DNA of 58,485 bases, counting the filler, from Basidioascus undulatus (Eukaryota): the NCBI GenBank assembly GCA_000826855.1. It is 6 parts of 6 records of this genome, joined end to end, with 100 filler letters (N's around TTAATTAATTAA, not from the genome) between each part and the next. Parts side by side here need not be neighbours in the genome. Positions count along the whole stretch, not along the records: positions 1 to 9,674 come from JTLS01001223.1; positions 9,775 to 19,445 come from JTLS01001224.1; 4 more parts are not named here. The stretch is one strand, 5' to 3'. A program made the translations under genes and the position numbers. Under the pieces are notes generated by a model. It made no database searches. It saw only the letters and a list, made by a program, of their open reading frames with translations, and was not told where the DNA came from. How positions within the stretch are numbered: the stretch's first letter is position 1; the number at the start of each line of letters is the position of its first letter. Shown in pieces: positions 1-14,486 of the stretch.

Positions 1-272
1 CATCATTTCCGCCATGTCTGTCGTGGTACTAGGCATAAACGCAGGCAACTGCTCTCCCCTCTCTCAACTCCTCCCTCGCCATCACCGCCACACGACCATC
101 ATCGACCCGACTCGCCTCGACGCCGCTCTGCACCTTCGCTCCGCCTCGGCTGCGCTGTGTCATCGCGCTCGGGTCTCGCCCCGTTCGACTTCCAATTATC
201 TTTGTTCTTCTTCGTTCCTTTCCTTGTCATTTTCCACTTTCTTTCTTCCCCCTCCTTTCCACCCCATAACAG

Positions 273-2359
<2,087 letters not shown>

Positions 2360-3532
2360 ACGCTGCCGCTCCAGTCCATCTTGCGCCTTCTCTTTCGCCC
2401 TCCCTCCCCTTCCCGATTCCTCCCTCCGCCTCTTTCGGCCTCGCTCGCACTACGTGTCTCCTTCCCCTCACATCATCCCCTTTCTCCTTCCCATATTTTG
2501 TTCCACGGACGTTATTATTCCCTCTCACGCTGCTGCCGTCGCCTTTCATCTCTCATCTTACTTTTTCTCTCACCATCCCGCATCGCCCATCGCCGCTTCC
2601 GATTCCCTCTCCTCTCCGCCCGTTGGTGCCCAGTTGTAGTCCTCCTTATCCCTTCAATCATCCCATACGTTTACCCCCACTTTGTTTACATGCACATACA
2701 GTTTTGTGACTCCGCACATATTTTGATCAACCCACACGCCCATGTAGTACGATAGCGCCGCCGCTCCATGTTTCCCTCCTCGCCGCTCTGCGGCTAGTTT
2801 AAACGCACCACGCCAATGCACGCATGTTCCGATGATGATACTTCTCGGGGAGTGGACTGGATGCTGGCTACGGGCATGCCGCGCTCATGTAAGTTGTGAT
2901 GAGGAGTCGGTATCGGCAGTCAGGATCGCGGGAGCCTACGTGCTCTCGCTATAAACAGGATCGTGCAAATCGACCGCCCATATTTCTACACCCGCCTTCT
3001 GTAGAACGACACTGCTATGTAAATTACATGTCTATTGTATCCTAAAGTAAATGTAACGGTCAAGGCGCCTCAATGTGTGTCGGGCCAGCTTGCTGTAGGG
3101 CCTTGCAGCGTATCATGCCTGTCACGCTCAGCCCAACATTTCTCAAGCCTGCTTTTGTAATTTCCGTGAGCTGGGGGGAGAGACTGGGCAGGAGGGGGAG
3201 AAGCATCCGCCCAAGCGCAGCGGTTGACCTTCGCGTCAGGTAGGCGTTCCGGCTTTCCTGGGCTTTCGGCGTAGATTATCCTGCTACCTCACGCTCAGGC
3301 AAGCTCCCTACTCCACCTTGCCCGAAATCAGATCAGATATCACGCTCACAGGCCCGGTCTTCCGCCGGGGGGTATGATTCCATACGTTCCCGGCCAGCGG
3401 GCGATAACAACGAAGTGATCTCATCGCTTTTCCCCTGCGAAAGAGAGGCCCACAGACCATCTTTCCGCAACCCTTATAACCGACCACCAGACCAACACAC
3501 AGACACTTACACTCACTAGCGCATTCACAACA

Positions 3533-5541
3533 ATGTTCCGTCCCTTCGTATCGACCGCTACATCGATGGCAACCCGCCGTGTGGCCGCGAAGAGCGCGAC
3601 CCCCGCGCTCGCTCGCCTGTCATCCTCCTACGCCTCGGCGCAGACGGACTTCAGTTTCCTCCCGACAAACCGCCTTGAGACGAAGCCTCGCAAGACGGGC
3701 CTGACTGAGATCCGGGGTGCGTTGATGCGGATGACGTGTGCCTCCAGTTGCAGGCAAACACTGACGACGCAGTGCGGCCTGCTGCGTTGGCCAAACAGCC
3801 GCATACTACACTCCCATGGGCCCGGGATATCTGAAAGATTTGCTGGAGACATATGGGGAGTATGTGGATGGACTCAAGGTGGGCATGTTCTCTACGCAGT
3901 ATTCGTAGTCTCCAGCACTTACCGACGTCCCGACTTGATGTTCACAGTTCGCCGGCGGTGAGTGTCATAGCCACCTCAGAAGTTCATGTACGACCTATAC
4001 TCATGGATTCATTGCTGACTCCTTTCGGCGGAACCCGTCTAGGATCTTTCACGCTCATGCCCACTGCGAAGCTGCGCGAGCTGATTGACCTCGCGCACTT
4101 GCACGGTGTTTGTGCGTGTCGCTCTTTCTCATGTTTCTGCACCCTTAATCTATACCTAGGTGCTCTATCTCCTGAGACTGTGATGCTAATGAGACTTGAA
4201 AACGCAACGAAACAGACGTCTCGACCGGCGGTTTCATCGAGCGCGTGCTCGCTGCAAGCGGTGGCGACAAGGCGTTGATCGAGCGGTACTTGAAAGCTTG
4301 CAAGGACGTTGGGTAAGGGATTATCTGGCAAAAAATACGCAGATAGAACGGTGATGTACTGAGGCCCCGATTACTCCGTGCAGATTTGACGTTCTCGAGG
4401 TACGCTGCCACAGCCGCTCTTGCCCTGAGTCTCGAACTAATTCTGTGCTACCACGGGCATCCAATCAATAGATCTCCACTGGATTTATTTCCCTCCCAAC
4501 CGAGCACTGGCAGAAGCTCGTCGAGCTCACCCGCTCATACGGTATGCCAATGATCCAGCCTGCCTTGCACCATTCGAAGTGCTCTATTGGAAAATGGTAC
4601 TGATGCAACACTGACGTCCCACACGATCACTGTCGATAAACACAGGTCTCAAGCCCAAGCCGGAGCTCGGCATTCAGTTCGGCGCAGGCGGCGACACGAC
4701 CGCGGAGGAGCTCGAGTCGCTGGGAACGCGGGACCCGGCTTGGGTGGTCGAGCGCGGCAAGAGGTATGTGGTCTGAAGATTTAATAGACAGCAATGTTCG
4801 GGAATGCTGAAATGTGTGGGATGCAGCTTGCTGGACGCCGGCGCGGAGATTCTGATGATTGAGAGCGAAGGGTAAAAGAACAGCAGCTTGGAGGGGTAGG
4901 CCTTGTGCACTGACACTCCGCCTATCTGTGCCATTCAGAATCACCGAGAACGTCAAGAACTGGCGGACTGGAAAGTGCTGCACTCATGTTGCCAGCTTGT
5001 TCCTTGCTGACCTTGGAGCTGTGATGGCGACCGTACAGATGTCATCTCTAAGATCTCGTCCGGTCTGGTGCGATTGGCATTCTGCTCCACCACACCGTAG
5101 GTGCGAGATATTGACCTTTCGCATGTGTCTGCACAGCCCAAAGAGAAAGTCATGTACGAAGCGGCCGACCCAAAAGTGTTCGAGTACTACATCAAGGAGC
5201 AAGGGCCGGATGTGTTGCGTGTCGCTTCCTCCTCCTGCCTGCGAACAAACCCTCCTTGCTTACGCCAATCAACACGTTTAGGAACGTCTTCGTCGACCAC
5301 TCCCAGATCGTGCAGCTCGCTTGCCTACGGTACGTCTCCTTCAGACCGTGACTGGGACAGGTGCAGGCGCTGACCTGCGTTGTCGGACTTGGAACAGCCG
5401 CGGCATCTGGGGCACAAAGTACGACCGAGAATGACTTCCTTTCTTCTTTGACTGGGCTTTGCGACAAAGGACTTCGGCTAATGCTCGGTTTTGGTTTCGA
5501 TCAGCCAAACCTTCGGTCGCGTCGTCACTTTCCCGGAGTAA
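3533..5541 (+). CDS. comA: Phosphosulfolactate synthase (ComA)/HSA32-family protein, 15 exons, with a probable mitochondrial presequence
   Basis: Spliced product: KPRKTGLTEIRAAYYTPMG..YVDGLKFAGGSF..VYVSTGGFIERV..GFDVLEISTGF..LKPKPELGIQFGAGG..MIESEGITENVKNWRTDVI..VMYEAADP..VNVFVDHSQIVQLACLRRGIWGTNQTFGRVVTFPE*. I traced 14 introns; intron 10 (4971-5038) needs a GA donor. The N-terminus is R/S/A/T-rich and lacks acidic residues. Confidence 0.88.
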
Positions 5542-6124
5542 GGAATGAGGACCGCAACGAGCCGCGACAAGGAATCGGTGACTGGGCACTGATCTACTGA
5601 GACGATGAAGGGACTGGCTTTACATGCTGTCACCTCCAGCACTCCAATTTGATGATGACACGAATGAAGTCTCAATGTGGTGTAAGCCATGCATGCGAGC
5701 GACCTTCGAAGATGAGTGAAAGAACAATGAGAGCGCGAAACTGTACACGTGCATGATAACGACGACTGCAAGAGTCGGACGGTATGATGGAGCGTATAAA
5801 TATGGAGGATAGCTGAGGGAGGAGGTTCCAGATGAGTTCCAGTCCGGCGCAGTGCGGTGATGGTGGAGATAGCAATGGAGGAAGGGAGGGGGTACGAGGG
5901 TAGAGCGATGCGTGCGGGATGGCCATGCAGGAAAAGTACGGGTACAAATTGTTGAGAGAATGGGAGTGGGAGTGGGAATCAATGTGGAGGGAGTCGTACG
6001 TAGCGCGTGATGGGGCATAGAGGGGTCGTGATTGTCAGGTGAAGGAAAGATGAGAGAATAAAGACAGAACGGTTCCGGTCACGAAGGAAGAGAAGAGGTA
6101 AGAAGAGAAGAACGAAAAAGAACA

Positions 6125-8682
6125 TCACGCAGCAGAAGCAGCGGCCTCGATGCTCTCGCGCACACGACGGAGCAGCTCGTCCACGGCGCTAAGCTCCTCG
6201 TGGCGTGGGACGAAGGCATGTGCGCCGCCCGACGCGGCCGCCGTCGAGTGCTGCAGAAGGAACAGCTGGACCGTCTCGAGCGCCTCCGCGGCCGTTTCGT
6301 GCGGGACGAACGACTGCGTGGGTGTGGGCGTTTCGGCGGCAAGGGTGGGCGAGGTCTGCGAGGCAGCGGGAAGGGGCGTCGGCGCATGGATCTGCGGTGC
6401 GGGCGCGAGGTGCAGCGTGGAGGTGAAGGGTGTGAGGGAGGAGGAAAAGGAGCGTGGGCGGCGCTGCGGCGTGGGCTCGTCCCCTGCGCTGGAAGACTGC
6501 GAGAGACGCTCGCTGCCGCCAGTGCTGGGCCGACCGCCCGCAGCGGGGGAGGCGGCGGGGCTGGCGGTGGTGGAGTACGTGGAGGACGAGGTGTTGGATG
6601 GGAACTCGGCACTCGTGGCCGACAGCTGCGGCTGGTCCGCCTGCATCTGCGCCGGCGGAGGCGCCACGATCCTCAGACCAGGCCCAGCGCCAGCACCGAT
6701 GGCATCCGACAAGCTCCCGCTGCGGACCAACCCGCCAGGACCACGACTGTGCCGCCGACTGTGGCTGCCCGAGCTCCCCCCCGCGCTCCCGCCGGGCGTG
6801 GTAGGCCAGTACGGGTGCGATCCGTGCGGGCTCGTGGCGCCCGCGCGCGAGACAGACGACCGGCGCGAGATGACGGGCGACCGGCGGCTGCGGTGGTTGA
6901 GGGATCCGCGGGGGGTGACGCCCGCGCCTGTCGGGGCAGCGTGAATCTCGGCGGGGGAAGCGAGGTGCTCGATTGGCTCGTCGTCGAACGCGCCGGCGCC
7001 GGTGGCGGGACCAGGGTCGAGCTCGAGCGCGGAGAACTGAGAGAACGCCGGGGACTGCGTCTCGGCCGAGCGGCGAGGGCTGCCGACGCTCCCGCTGTCC
7101 GGGCGGTAGTCGCTCATGCTGCCAGGGCGGGTGTGGTAGTCGGACATGCTGCCCGCGGCCGAGGCGGACGAGAAGAGGAAGCTCGAGCCGGCGGTGGTCG
7201 TCGAGCTCGTCGTCGAGCACTGGCTGAAGCTCTCCCGCATCGCCTGCCCGCCGACCGAGAACGTCGGCAGCGGCGGATCCCAGTCGCTGTGGTCGTCCTG
7301 CACGCTCGACGAGGACGAGGGCGGCTTGAACTGGAGCGCCGACGCGCCGGCGTACTCGGTCTCAAGGAGGAGGCTCTGCTGGTCGAACGTCCTGGGCGCG
7401 GTGGAATGGAGGATGCGTCCCGTCGGCGGCTGGCGCGCGGAGGAGGGCGGCTGCTGCTGGGTGTAGGTAAAGTCCATCGTGGTCGGCTGCGTCGGCTGCC
7501 ACGCGACGAGGTTGGCTCCGGTGCTCGTCGCGCCCAGACTGGAACGCTTGCGCTCGCGCCGGCGCTGCATGAAGCGCTCGAGCCATTTTGGGCTCGCACG
7601 AAACTGCTCGGGCAGGAAGCCCATTGAGCGCGCGATGTCCTTCGCCTTCTCGCGCATCGTGAGGTCCGATGGCAGCGACGAGAGCCGCTCTGGATCGTCC
7701 GAGGGCGTCGTGCCTGCCGGGAGCGGCAGCGTGTCCAGCCACGAATCCATCTCGGCCTCGACGGTCGGGAAGCGAGGACCGCCGGAGGGGGACTTGTGCG
7801 GGGAGGAGAGGTGCGCGGGGGACGAGAGGTGGGAGGATGAAGGGGGAAGCATCGAGCGCGGCGTGGGGGGAGCCACGGGCGTCTCCCAGCGCGACGGATC
7901 CGAGAGGATCTTGGATATGGTAGAGCGATCGACCCTACAAAAAAAGAGACAGGAGTGGTCAGCTCCCAGTTGCTTCGCGTTGTGCTGAAGAGGACATAGA
8001 GTTAAAAGTACCCAAACTTCTTCGCAATCTCATCCTGCTTCATCCCCGGGTTCTCCCTCCCAATGCGGCAGATCGCCTGCTTCTGCTCGATCGTGAGCTT
8101 GCGCTTCCTCGCCGTGACGATCCCTCCGAAGGCGGACGCGCTGGGCAGGGGGATGGGATGGCGGCCGGGCGTCTGCGTCTGGAGTGCAGCGCCGCTTCCG
8201 CTGCGGGCGAGCGGGCTGTCGGGGCGAGAGGACGAACCGACGCGGACGGACGCGGAGCGCGAGAGCGGGTGGTGCGTGTAGTTCAGATTCGAGGAGGGCG
8301 TTTGGGGAGCGTAGAAGGACGAGGGGGGAGGTGGGGGAGGACCGTATTGCTGCTGATGATGTTGGAGGTGGTGGTGCACCGGGCCGGCCGGGGAGGAGTG
8401 CAGCGTCGCGGGCGAGGCGGACACGGGGAGGTCGAGCGAGGACCGGGCTGAGTGGTGTTGGTACTCGGGGGGCGAGTGTGCAGCGTAGTCTTGATGAGAC
8501 GGTGGTGGTGCGTAGCCGCCGTAGCCGCCGCCGAGGACATCGTCATCCGTGCCGTACGAGTAGTCGCGTCGGAGACCGACATCGCCGTACTCGGTATACG
8601 CGGGCTGAAGGCCGGACGGACTGGGGGCCGGTGCAGGGCGAGAGAAGTCGTGCATGGATGAGCTGGCGGAGATCGTCGACAT
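6125..8682 (-). CDS. CENP-B/Abp1/Pdc2-type double helix-turn-helix protein with no transposase DDE domain
   Basis: The first HTH, RKRKLTIEQKQAIC..NPGMKQDEIAKKFG|VDRSTISKIL, is joined by intron 7935-8011. A Tc5-type HTH follows (RFPTVEAEMDSWL...MREKAKDIA...FRASPKWLERFMQR), then a long S/P-rich region and a C-terminal helical motif (AAEALETVQLFLLQ). The start codon is uncertain; upstream in-frame ATGs exist. Confidence 0.82.
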
Positions 8683-9674
8683 GGGCTTGGTGGAGCAGAG
8701 ACGGGATGAAGAAAGGGCGCTGCAAGATAACGAAACGGTGGTGGTCGAAGATGAAATGGCCGGGACTACGGCGGATCGAAGAGCGAATGCGAAGGGAGAC
8801 GGAGTTCGAAAATGAAAGTCAGCAAACATAACGAGCTTCAAGGGGTCGTGAGGGGCATGATGCAGGTGATCGCGAGGATGAGAGAGAGGCCTGCGAGGCG
8901 AGGTGGGGCGGCGGTGTCCGGCCCGGGGCGTTTGAATGCAAGTCGCTCTGGCCGCGAACGTTGCTTGCATCAAGCTCTCCCGCCCACAACACCCCAGAAT
9001 AAGAAAATAACACTGTAAGGCTCGGTGCCGCAGTGGCAGGGCAGAGGGAGAGGATGATGGCGGCGGCGGCGACGGCGGCAGGGCAAGCCCAACGGACGCT
9101 ATGCCATGCAGGCTGACGCGACTGAGCTTCTTCGCGCCCCCGCCGCGCCGCTCGCAATCTCCTTTCAAGAGTGCTCCACAAAGCCCCATCGCAGCCCGCG
9201 GCCAGATCCGACCGCCTGCCTCGCAGGCAAAAAGATAAAGATACCACAGAGGAGGACTACTCACCGGTGTATATTCAGTCCAGCGGCCGGTAGGAGAGAC
9301 AGCCGTGGACGAGTTATGCGCGTCGGAGGAGGAACAAGCTCGGGAGTCGCTGGGAGATGGGGGATTGTGGGATGCGGATGGCAAAGAGATCAGCAGGTGT
9401 TTGGGCCAAGAAGCTGTTGTCGTGTGTTCGCAAGAGACGTCCGCCAGTTTGCTCGCTCGCTCGTCATGTTGCTTCCGACTGGAATGGCGCAGCAGGGGCA
9501 CAGGGGCGGCGAGGACCGGCCTCTCCATAGCGGAGCCGACACATCGAGCTGCCGCCTTAGCCTGATACAACCGGGTCTCAGTTGTATAAAAGGCGCAGGA
9601 GGGAGGAGGAGATCTGCAAATCACAGAGAGCAGCCACCTCCTCGCCTGCCTGCCTGCCCTGCCCCCCCCCCCCC

Positions 9675-9774
9675 NNNNNNNNNNNNNNNNNNNNNNNNNN
9701 NNNNNNNNNNNNNNNNNNTTAATTAATTAANNNNNNNNNNNNNNNNNNNNNNNNNNNNNNNNNNNNNNNNNNNN
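9675..9774. other. Artificial contig spacer (N44-TTAATTAATTAA-N44)
   Basis: 100-nt spacer containing a six-frame stop linker; identical to the other four. Confidence 0.99.
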
Positions 9775-11160
9775 TGTCAGCAGACGCACCGAGAAGCGAG
9801 ATGAGATCTTTGGACCAGCACTCCTCGCCAAGCTCCTGCGCCTGCAGCACCGCAGCCTTCTTCTCCTCCAAAAGCCGCTTTCCAACTACTTTCATCGTTT
9901 CAAGACCATGCTTAATTTCCCGACCCGCAGAGGTAGGGATAAAAGCGAGAGGTGGGATGGACACGGCGAGGAGGCGGAGGGGCGAAGGCTGGGGTTTGAA
10001 TGTCAAATCAGCCTCAGACAGTTTAGTTTTGATAGAGTAGGCCATGAGATAACCTTAGCGCCGGCTTCGAACGTATTCTGGAACGCTTCAGAGAGGATAT
10101 TCCTATTGACGGCGTGCGGATCCTCCGGCGGCGGGAGCGTGTCAAAAGCGTAGTCGAAGCCTGCTATCCGGCGGTCAGAGAAGTTGCAACGGGTAATACT
10201 TTGGATCGCCGACGTACCCGCAAGTCCGATGATGTCCAGCGTCAGACTCAAGATAAAGGGCATCACGTTTCAGAAGCCTGCTTTCCTCCCCTGCTCGCTC
10301 TGCGTGCGCAGGATGCTCTGCCAGACGTCGCGAAGCTGCCCGCTCCAGCATGTTACTACGAAGATTGATCTAGTTACAGCCTTCACTGAGCATACCTGTC
10401 GACTCTTGGCCAGGAAACGCGGCGTGAGGGCTCGGATGTGGCTGAGGGCGAAGGACGGGCCTATGACTTTACGCTGGCGCTTGTGCGTTTCTCCTACAAG
10501 AAAGAGCCTCAGCCGTCCTTCTACATATAAAGGTAGAAGGGTATTAAACCTTCGGCAATGAGTACACCTGCAGAATCCACAAGTCAGCTACATTTGGTGT
10601 CCTGAAGGGTAGGGTGAGCTCACCCTCGCCGAGCAGCTCCGCAAGAGCCAGCGCAGGCTTTGGATAGTCCTGTACGTGAGAAAAAGATGAACTGTGCCAA
10701 ACAGGCACGCGGGGAACAAGAGATTCAACACGGACGTAGGCGTGAGTGACGAGTATATGATTGAGGGCTTTCGGATCGGACGTGAAGAGCCGGTCCTGGC
10801 CTAGCATCGCCTGTGAAAGACATGCTTCGGCGCTATTGCTCATACAAGATGGTAATTATGGAGGGGACTTACGTTGAATATGAATGTGTGACCGAGCTGC
10901 TTCTCCCACCCCGCAACATCTTGGGTGGCTCAACCCTTCGTCACAATGTGGGCAATCAGCACGATGCGTCGCAAGGGATAGGCCGTTCATCCTCCGCACT
11001 CGACCAGCTCCTTCACGTTTCCCCAGAACCAATTGGTCCGCTTCACGCGGGGTAGATTGGAAGTGGCTGCGAAGCGCTGGCGGATGAAAAGACGGTGAAC
11101 TAGCACGACGAGAACGAGCGAGAGCAAAGCGGTGAGCAATTTCGATATTGTGAGTAGCAT
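9775..11160 (-). pseudogene. Cytochrome P450 (membrane-anchored), N-terminal half; disrupted and cut by the contig end
   Basis: N-terminal TM segment MLLTISKLLTALLSLVLVVLV, then WFWGN, DRLFTSDPKALNHIL, YPKP, LLGEGVLIAEGETHKRQRKVIGPSF, TLDIIGLAGFDYAF and KDLISLL. There is an in-frame TGA at 10270-10272 (GF*NVMP) and an apparent 1-nt frameshift at the C4 run 10909-10912. Confidence 0.85.
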
Positions 11161-11936
11161 GGTGAGTGTGAGGATGTGAGCGCCAGATTAGAAAAGCAAT
11201 GGCTACAAAATCAGATGGGCTGCTTCAGATGAGAAGGACTGCGACGAGGGTAACGCGGTTAACATGGCGGCGGAAGAGGAAGCCCTGGCAGCGCGGCGTG
11301 GGATTCCGCTCCGCAGTGGAGTCGGTCCGCAATGCGTTGAGACCGGTACGCACGGCCCAGGACGAAATGCAAACTCAAACCAAGAAAACATTGAATGTAA
11401 TTTGCAGTTCAACCTGGATCATGAGCTTACGAGGAGCTCGGTAAAGAGCCTCGTGTCAAACACTGCTGGCTAACCAGGGTATCTCCAAGCATCTCAAACG
11501 CCGCACTGCTCAAATAACCCATAATTACCCTCAATAAATAATGTACAACATGTATTCTGAAGGTAGACAGCCTTTCTACATACTCCGTCCCTTGCTTCTC
11601 CTAAAACGTGCAGCTGCACAGCATCGTTCCTTCACTGACTGTTGAGATATCACCATTAAACATATAACAAAGACTGTTTTTAGAGAACAATTCATAAAAG
11701 ATAGACAGCTGCCGCCGCATAACGGGCGTCCTTTGGTACAGGGAGAGGCGGAAAACCAAGATGCCAGCGCGGCAATAGTTCAGCCTTACTTGAACGCGAG
11801 CTTCCTAGCGCAGGTTGTTATTAATGTTACAAAGCACATCGAGCTCTCTTTAGACAGTCAGATACTTCGGTTGCTGCGTGATTGCCAAGGCTTGAGAATG
11901 TGGTTCGGCGAGGAGCGCAGTTAACACCCACATTGG

Positions 11937-11996
11937 GCTTGCCGCCTCGCTTGCCACCTCGCTTGCCACCTCGCTTGCCACCTCGCTTGCCACCTT
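11937..11996 (+). repeat. 12-bp tandem repeat (GCTTGCCACCTC) x5
   Basis: Five head-to-tail copies; copies 1 and 5 carry one mismatch each. Confidence 0.95.
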
Positions 11997-12269
11997 ACCG
12001 TCAATACCTTTCTCCGTAACACCTGACCAGCTCTGTTAGCTACTAATTTTTTAGATTGTCTACCAGCCCTTACACCCGCATCTGCTCTCCAGCAACCCTA
12101 ATCTGGACCTCTCGATTGAGCTCTAGTCTCGCGCTTCTCGCTTCCCCTGCCCGTCTATACACCCAGATCGCTAGACATAAACTGAGTCCATCTTCTCAGG
12201 AGAAGGAAATGCGGCGCTGGAAGTAACAGTCTGAACAACTCAAAACATTGCTCTCCACGCAGCACGCCT

Positions 12270-13520
12270 CTCGTCGCCGCATTCCCCAAACCTCGCCGAC
12301 TGCCTGCCGAGGTCCTCGAAGAGATCCTTGACAAGGTCGAACCTGCCGACTTCTCGGCCCTGATGCTCACCAATAGTCGCCTGCATTCTTCTGTGCTGCA
12401 CGCTTCAGAGCCTGGGACAAGTGCGTGCTAGGATCAACTGGGCGCCGCGTCTCTCAAAGAACACCGAAGACCCGCAGATGACTCACGGTGCACTTCCGGG
12501 CATGCACGCAAGACCAGCTGGTCGAGCTGCCTCGATCAATACGCTCCTTCCCTGACACTCAAGATGACTGCCGATATCCGCTTGAAGAGAGGGTTGACTG
12601 TACGGAAGTGTCACAGCCTCGCACGGGTCATTCAGCTCGCGCTGGGGCTGACCCGCCTGATCCTCGAGTTCGATCCGCTTCGTCCAAGTCCGAGCGGTGA
12701 GCCTTTTAGGAGCGCCCTTGAGATCATGGTAAGTTCTGTTTGGAGTCCTGCGGGTTTGTCCAGACTGCGCTTCCAAGCACCCGTTCGTAATCCTCGACTG
12801 CATCGCCACCTCACTTGAGCGCACCGCTACGGAATTCTACTCTCTGTGTGTCGACAGCACCCTTTTCGCCCTCCTAGGCAGTCTACCCTTCAATTTCGTC
12901 ACAAAGCTCGACCTTTGCTCCCGACCTACCAGAGGTCATCTCCTTTCAGCGGGTCATCTCCTTTCAACGCATCTGGTGCACAAGCCGAACCTCCAGTCCT
13001 TCACAACTTTCCTAGAAAGCGGACCCGTTCTGAATGGCGGGGGCAAAATTGCGGTCCCCCTTCTCTCTGAATTCTACGGTCACGCAGCCGACACGGCGTT
13101 ACGCGTCAAGCCACCGCATGCCCGGCCCTTGCTTTCACAAATCTCTCTTGACAACGCGAATTTCGCCCTTTCCGCCTTGAGGGCCCTGGCAAGCCACCCT
13201 CCACCGCCATCAGCTCCGCTGAGATCTTCATTTGGACCCGCAGAGGTCGGCAGCGTCTTCTACTGACTTGATCCCGCTTGGGCTGCCAAATCTCACCAAG
13301 CTTGACCTTGTGCTGAAAGGTTCCCCTTCACTGGAGTACCTGGTAGGTTATTACTTCCATATGATATTGGAAATCTGACATCACTGACCATCCTGCCCCA
13401 AAACTGCACGCGCCCACCTCCAACATCTCGAGGAACTTACCCTCTCCGGCACTGATCTTCGTTCCGTTGCCCGAATTGGGCGCGATGCTTTCCACAGAGC
13501 CTCCAGAGCGTCTTGCCCCC
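12270..13520 (+). pseudogene. Degenerate F-box/LRR(RNI)-like gene remnant
   Basis: F-box-like LPAEVLEEILDKVEPADFSALMLTNSRLH near 12300, and LRR-like LPNLTKLDLVL (~13283) and LQHLEEL (~13420) in broken frames. No continuous spliced ORF found. Boundaries are approximate. Confidence 0.45.
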
Positions 13521-14486
13521 AAATAGGCACCTGCAGGTGTGGTTTTGAAGAGTACGGGGCGCGTTGTCGAAGAAAAGTTTAGAGGAATGGGACGTGTGCC
13601 GGCCGAGCATGGAACGACTGGTTAATGCGTCGAATGAAACAAAGAGTTGCGTGTTTTTCAAGTACAGGGAATGTTAGGAAATCGGTCTACATTTTAGTAA
13701 GACCAATTAGTTTTTTAACTAGAGCGTTGAGGGCGGGGTGCCGCGAGCTTTCGGTGGGCTGTGCAAAGTCTCTTGCAGCTCGTGTGACCAACCCAGACTT
13801 CCTCTTCCTTGAGACAAAGGGCCACAAGCGTTTTCCGCAGTTCAAAAATACTACGTAAAATTCAAACGGCCCTTCTCGCACTTCGGAAACGGACAGTCTG
13901 CGTAACACCCGGGGGGCAGGCCAACAACCGGCGAGTGAGTCCTCCAGATTTAAAACGCTCACCTGTGAAGAAGCACCTGGGTAGAGAGCTTCAGTCTTTA
14001 TACAGAGAGATTATTTGCCTGATGGTGGCCAAAGGCACCAATACAGCGTCAGACTCCCGTGAAAAACCACATGCTTGTTACTTGGCTTTTCCCTTCGTCC
14101 TGACGATCACCTCTCTTCTGCTACTCAATTGAAGAAGCTGGTAGGAGCTCATACCGCCACCCCCATCGAAACTTGGTCGCAACCGTATACTTCGATTGTG
14201 CCGCGGTATCTTTCCGACGCTGCTCGATGGGCGGTGGTTTCCTTCTCGTCAACTAGTTCCCCTCGGTCTGCATAAACTTTACCCCGGTCTTCTCAGGAAG
14301 AGCACTATCCCTCGACATATGTCCCTGTAGAACCTTCAACGAGCGCAAAGCACAACGGCGGGCCATGCACCCTGGAGTCGCGTGGGGAATTGCGTCACCC
14401 GCCGTGCACCCTTCCTTGTCGCTGCTCCTCCGCAGTCCCAAAGTCTTCTCTCTTGCCACCATCACGGACACCTCTCTTCATCAATC

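Noticed and set aside
2825..2960. Box C/D snoRNA (two RTGATGA motifs near 2832 and 2895)
   Set aside because: No suitably placed CTGA D box or terminal stem was found.
6150..7627. Long plus-strand ORFs (264 and 475 aa) opposite the CENP-B-like gene
   Set aside because: Antisense shadows of a high-GC coding sequence; low-complexity R/G/A translation with no motifs.
6125..9674. Active pogo/Tigger DNA transposon
   Set aside because: No DDE catalytic domain and no terminal inverted repeats noticed; the gene has an intron and host-like codon usage.
11937..11996. CRISPR-like array
   Set aside because: 12-bp units without spacers, in eukaryotic DNA, with no cas genes; a simple minisatellite.
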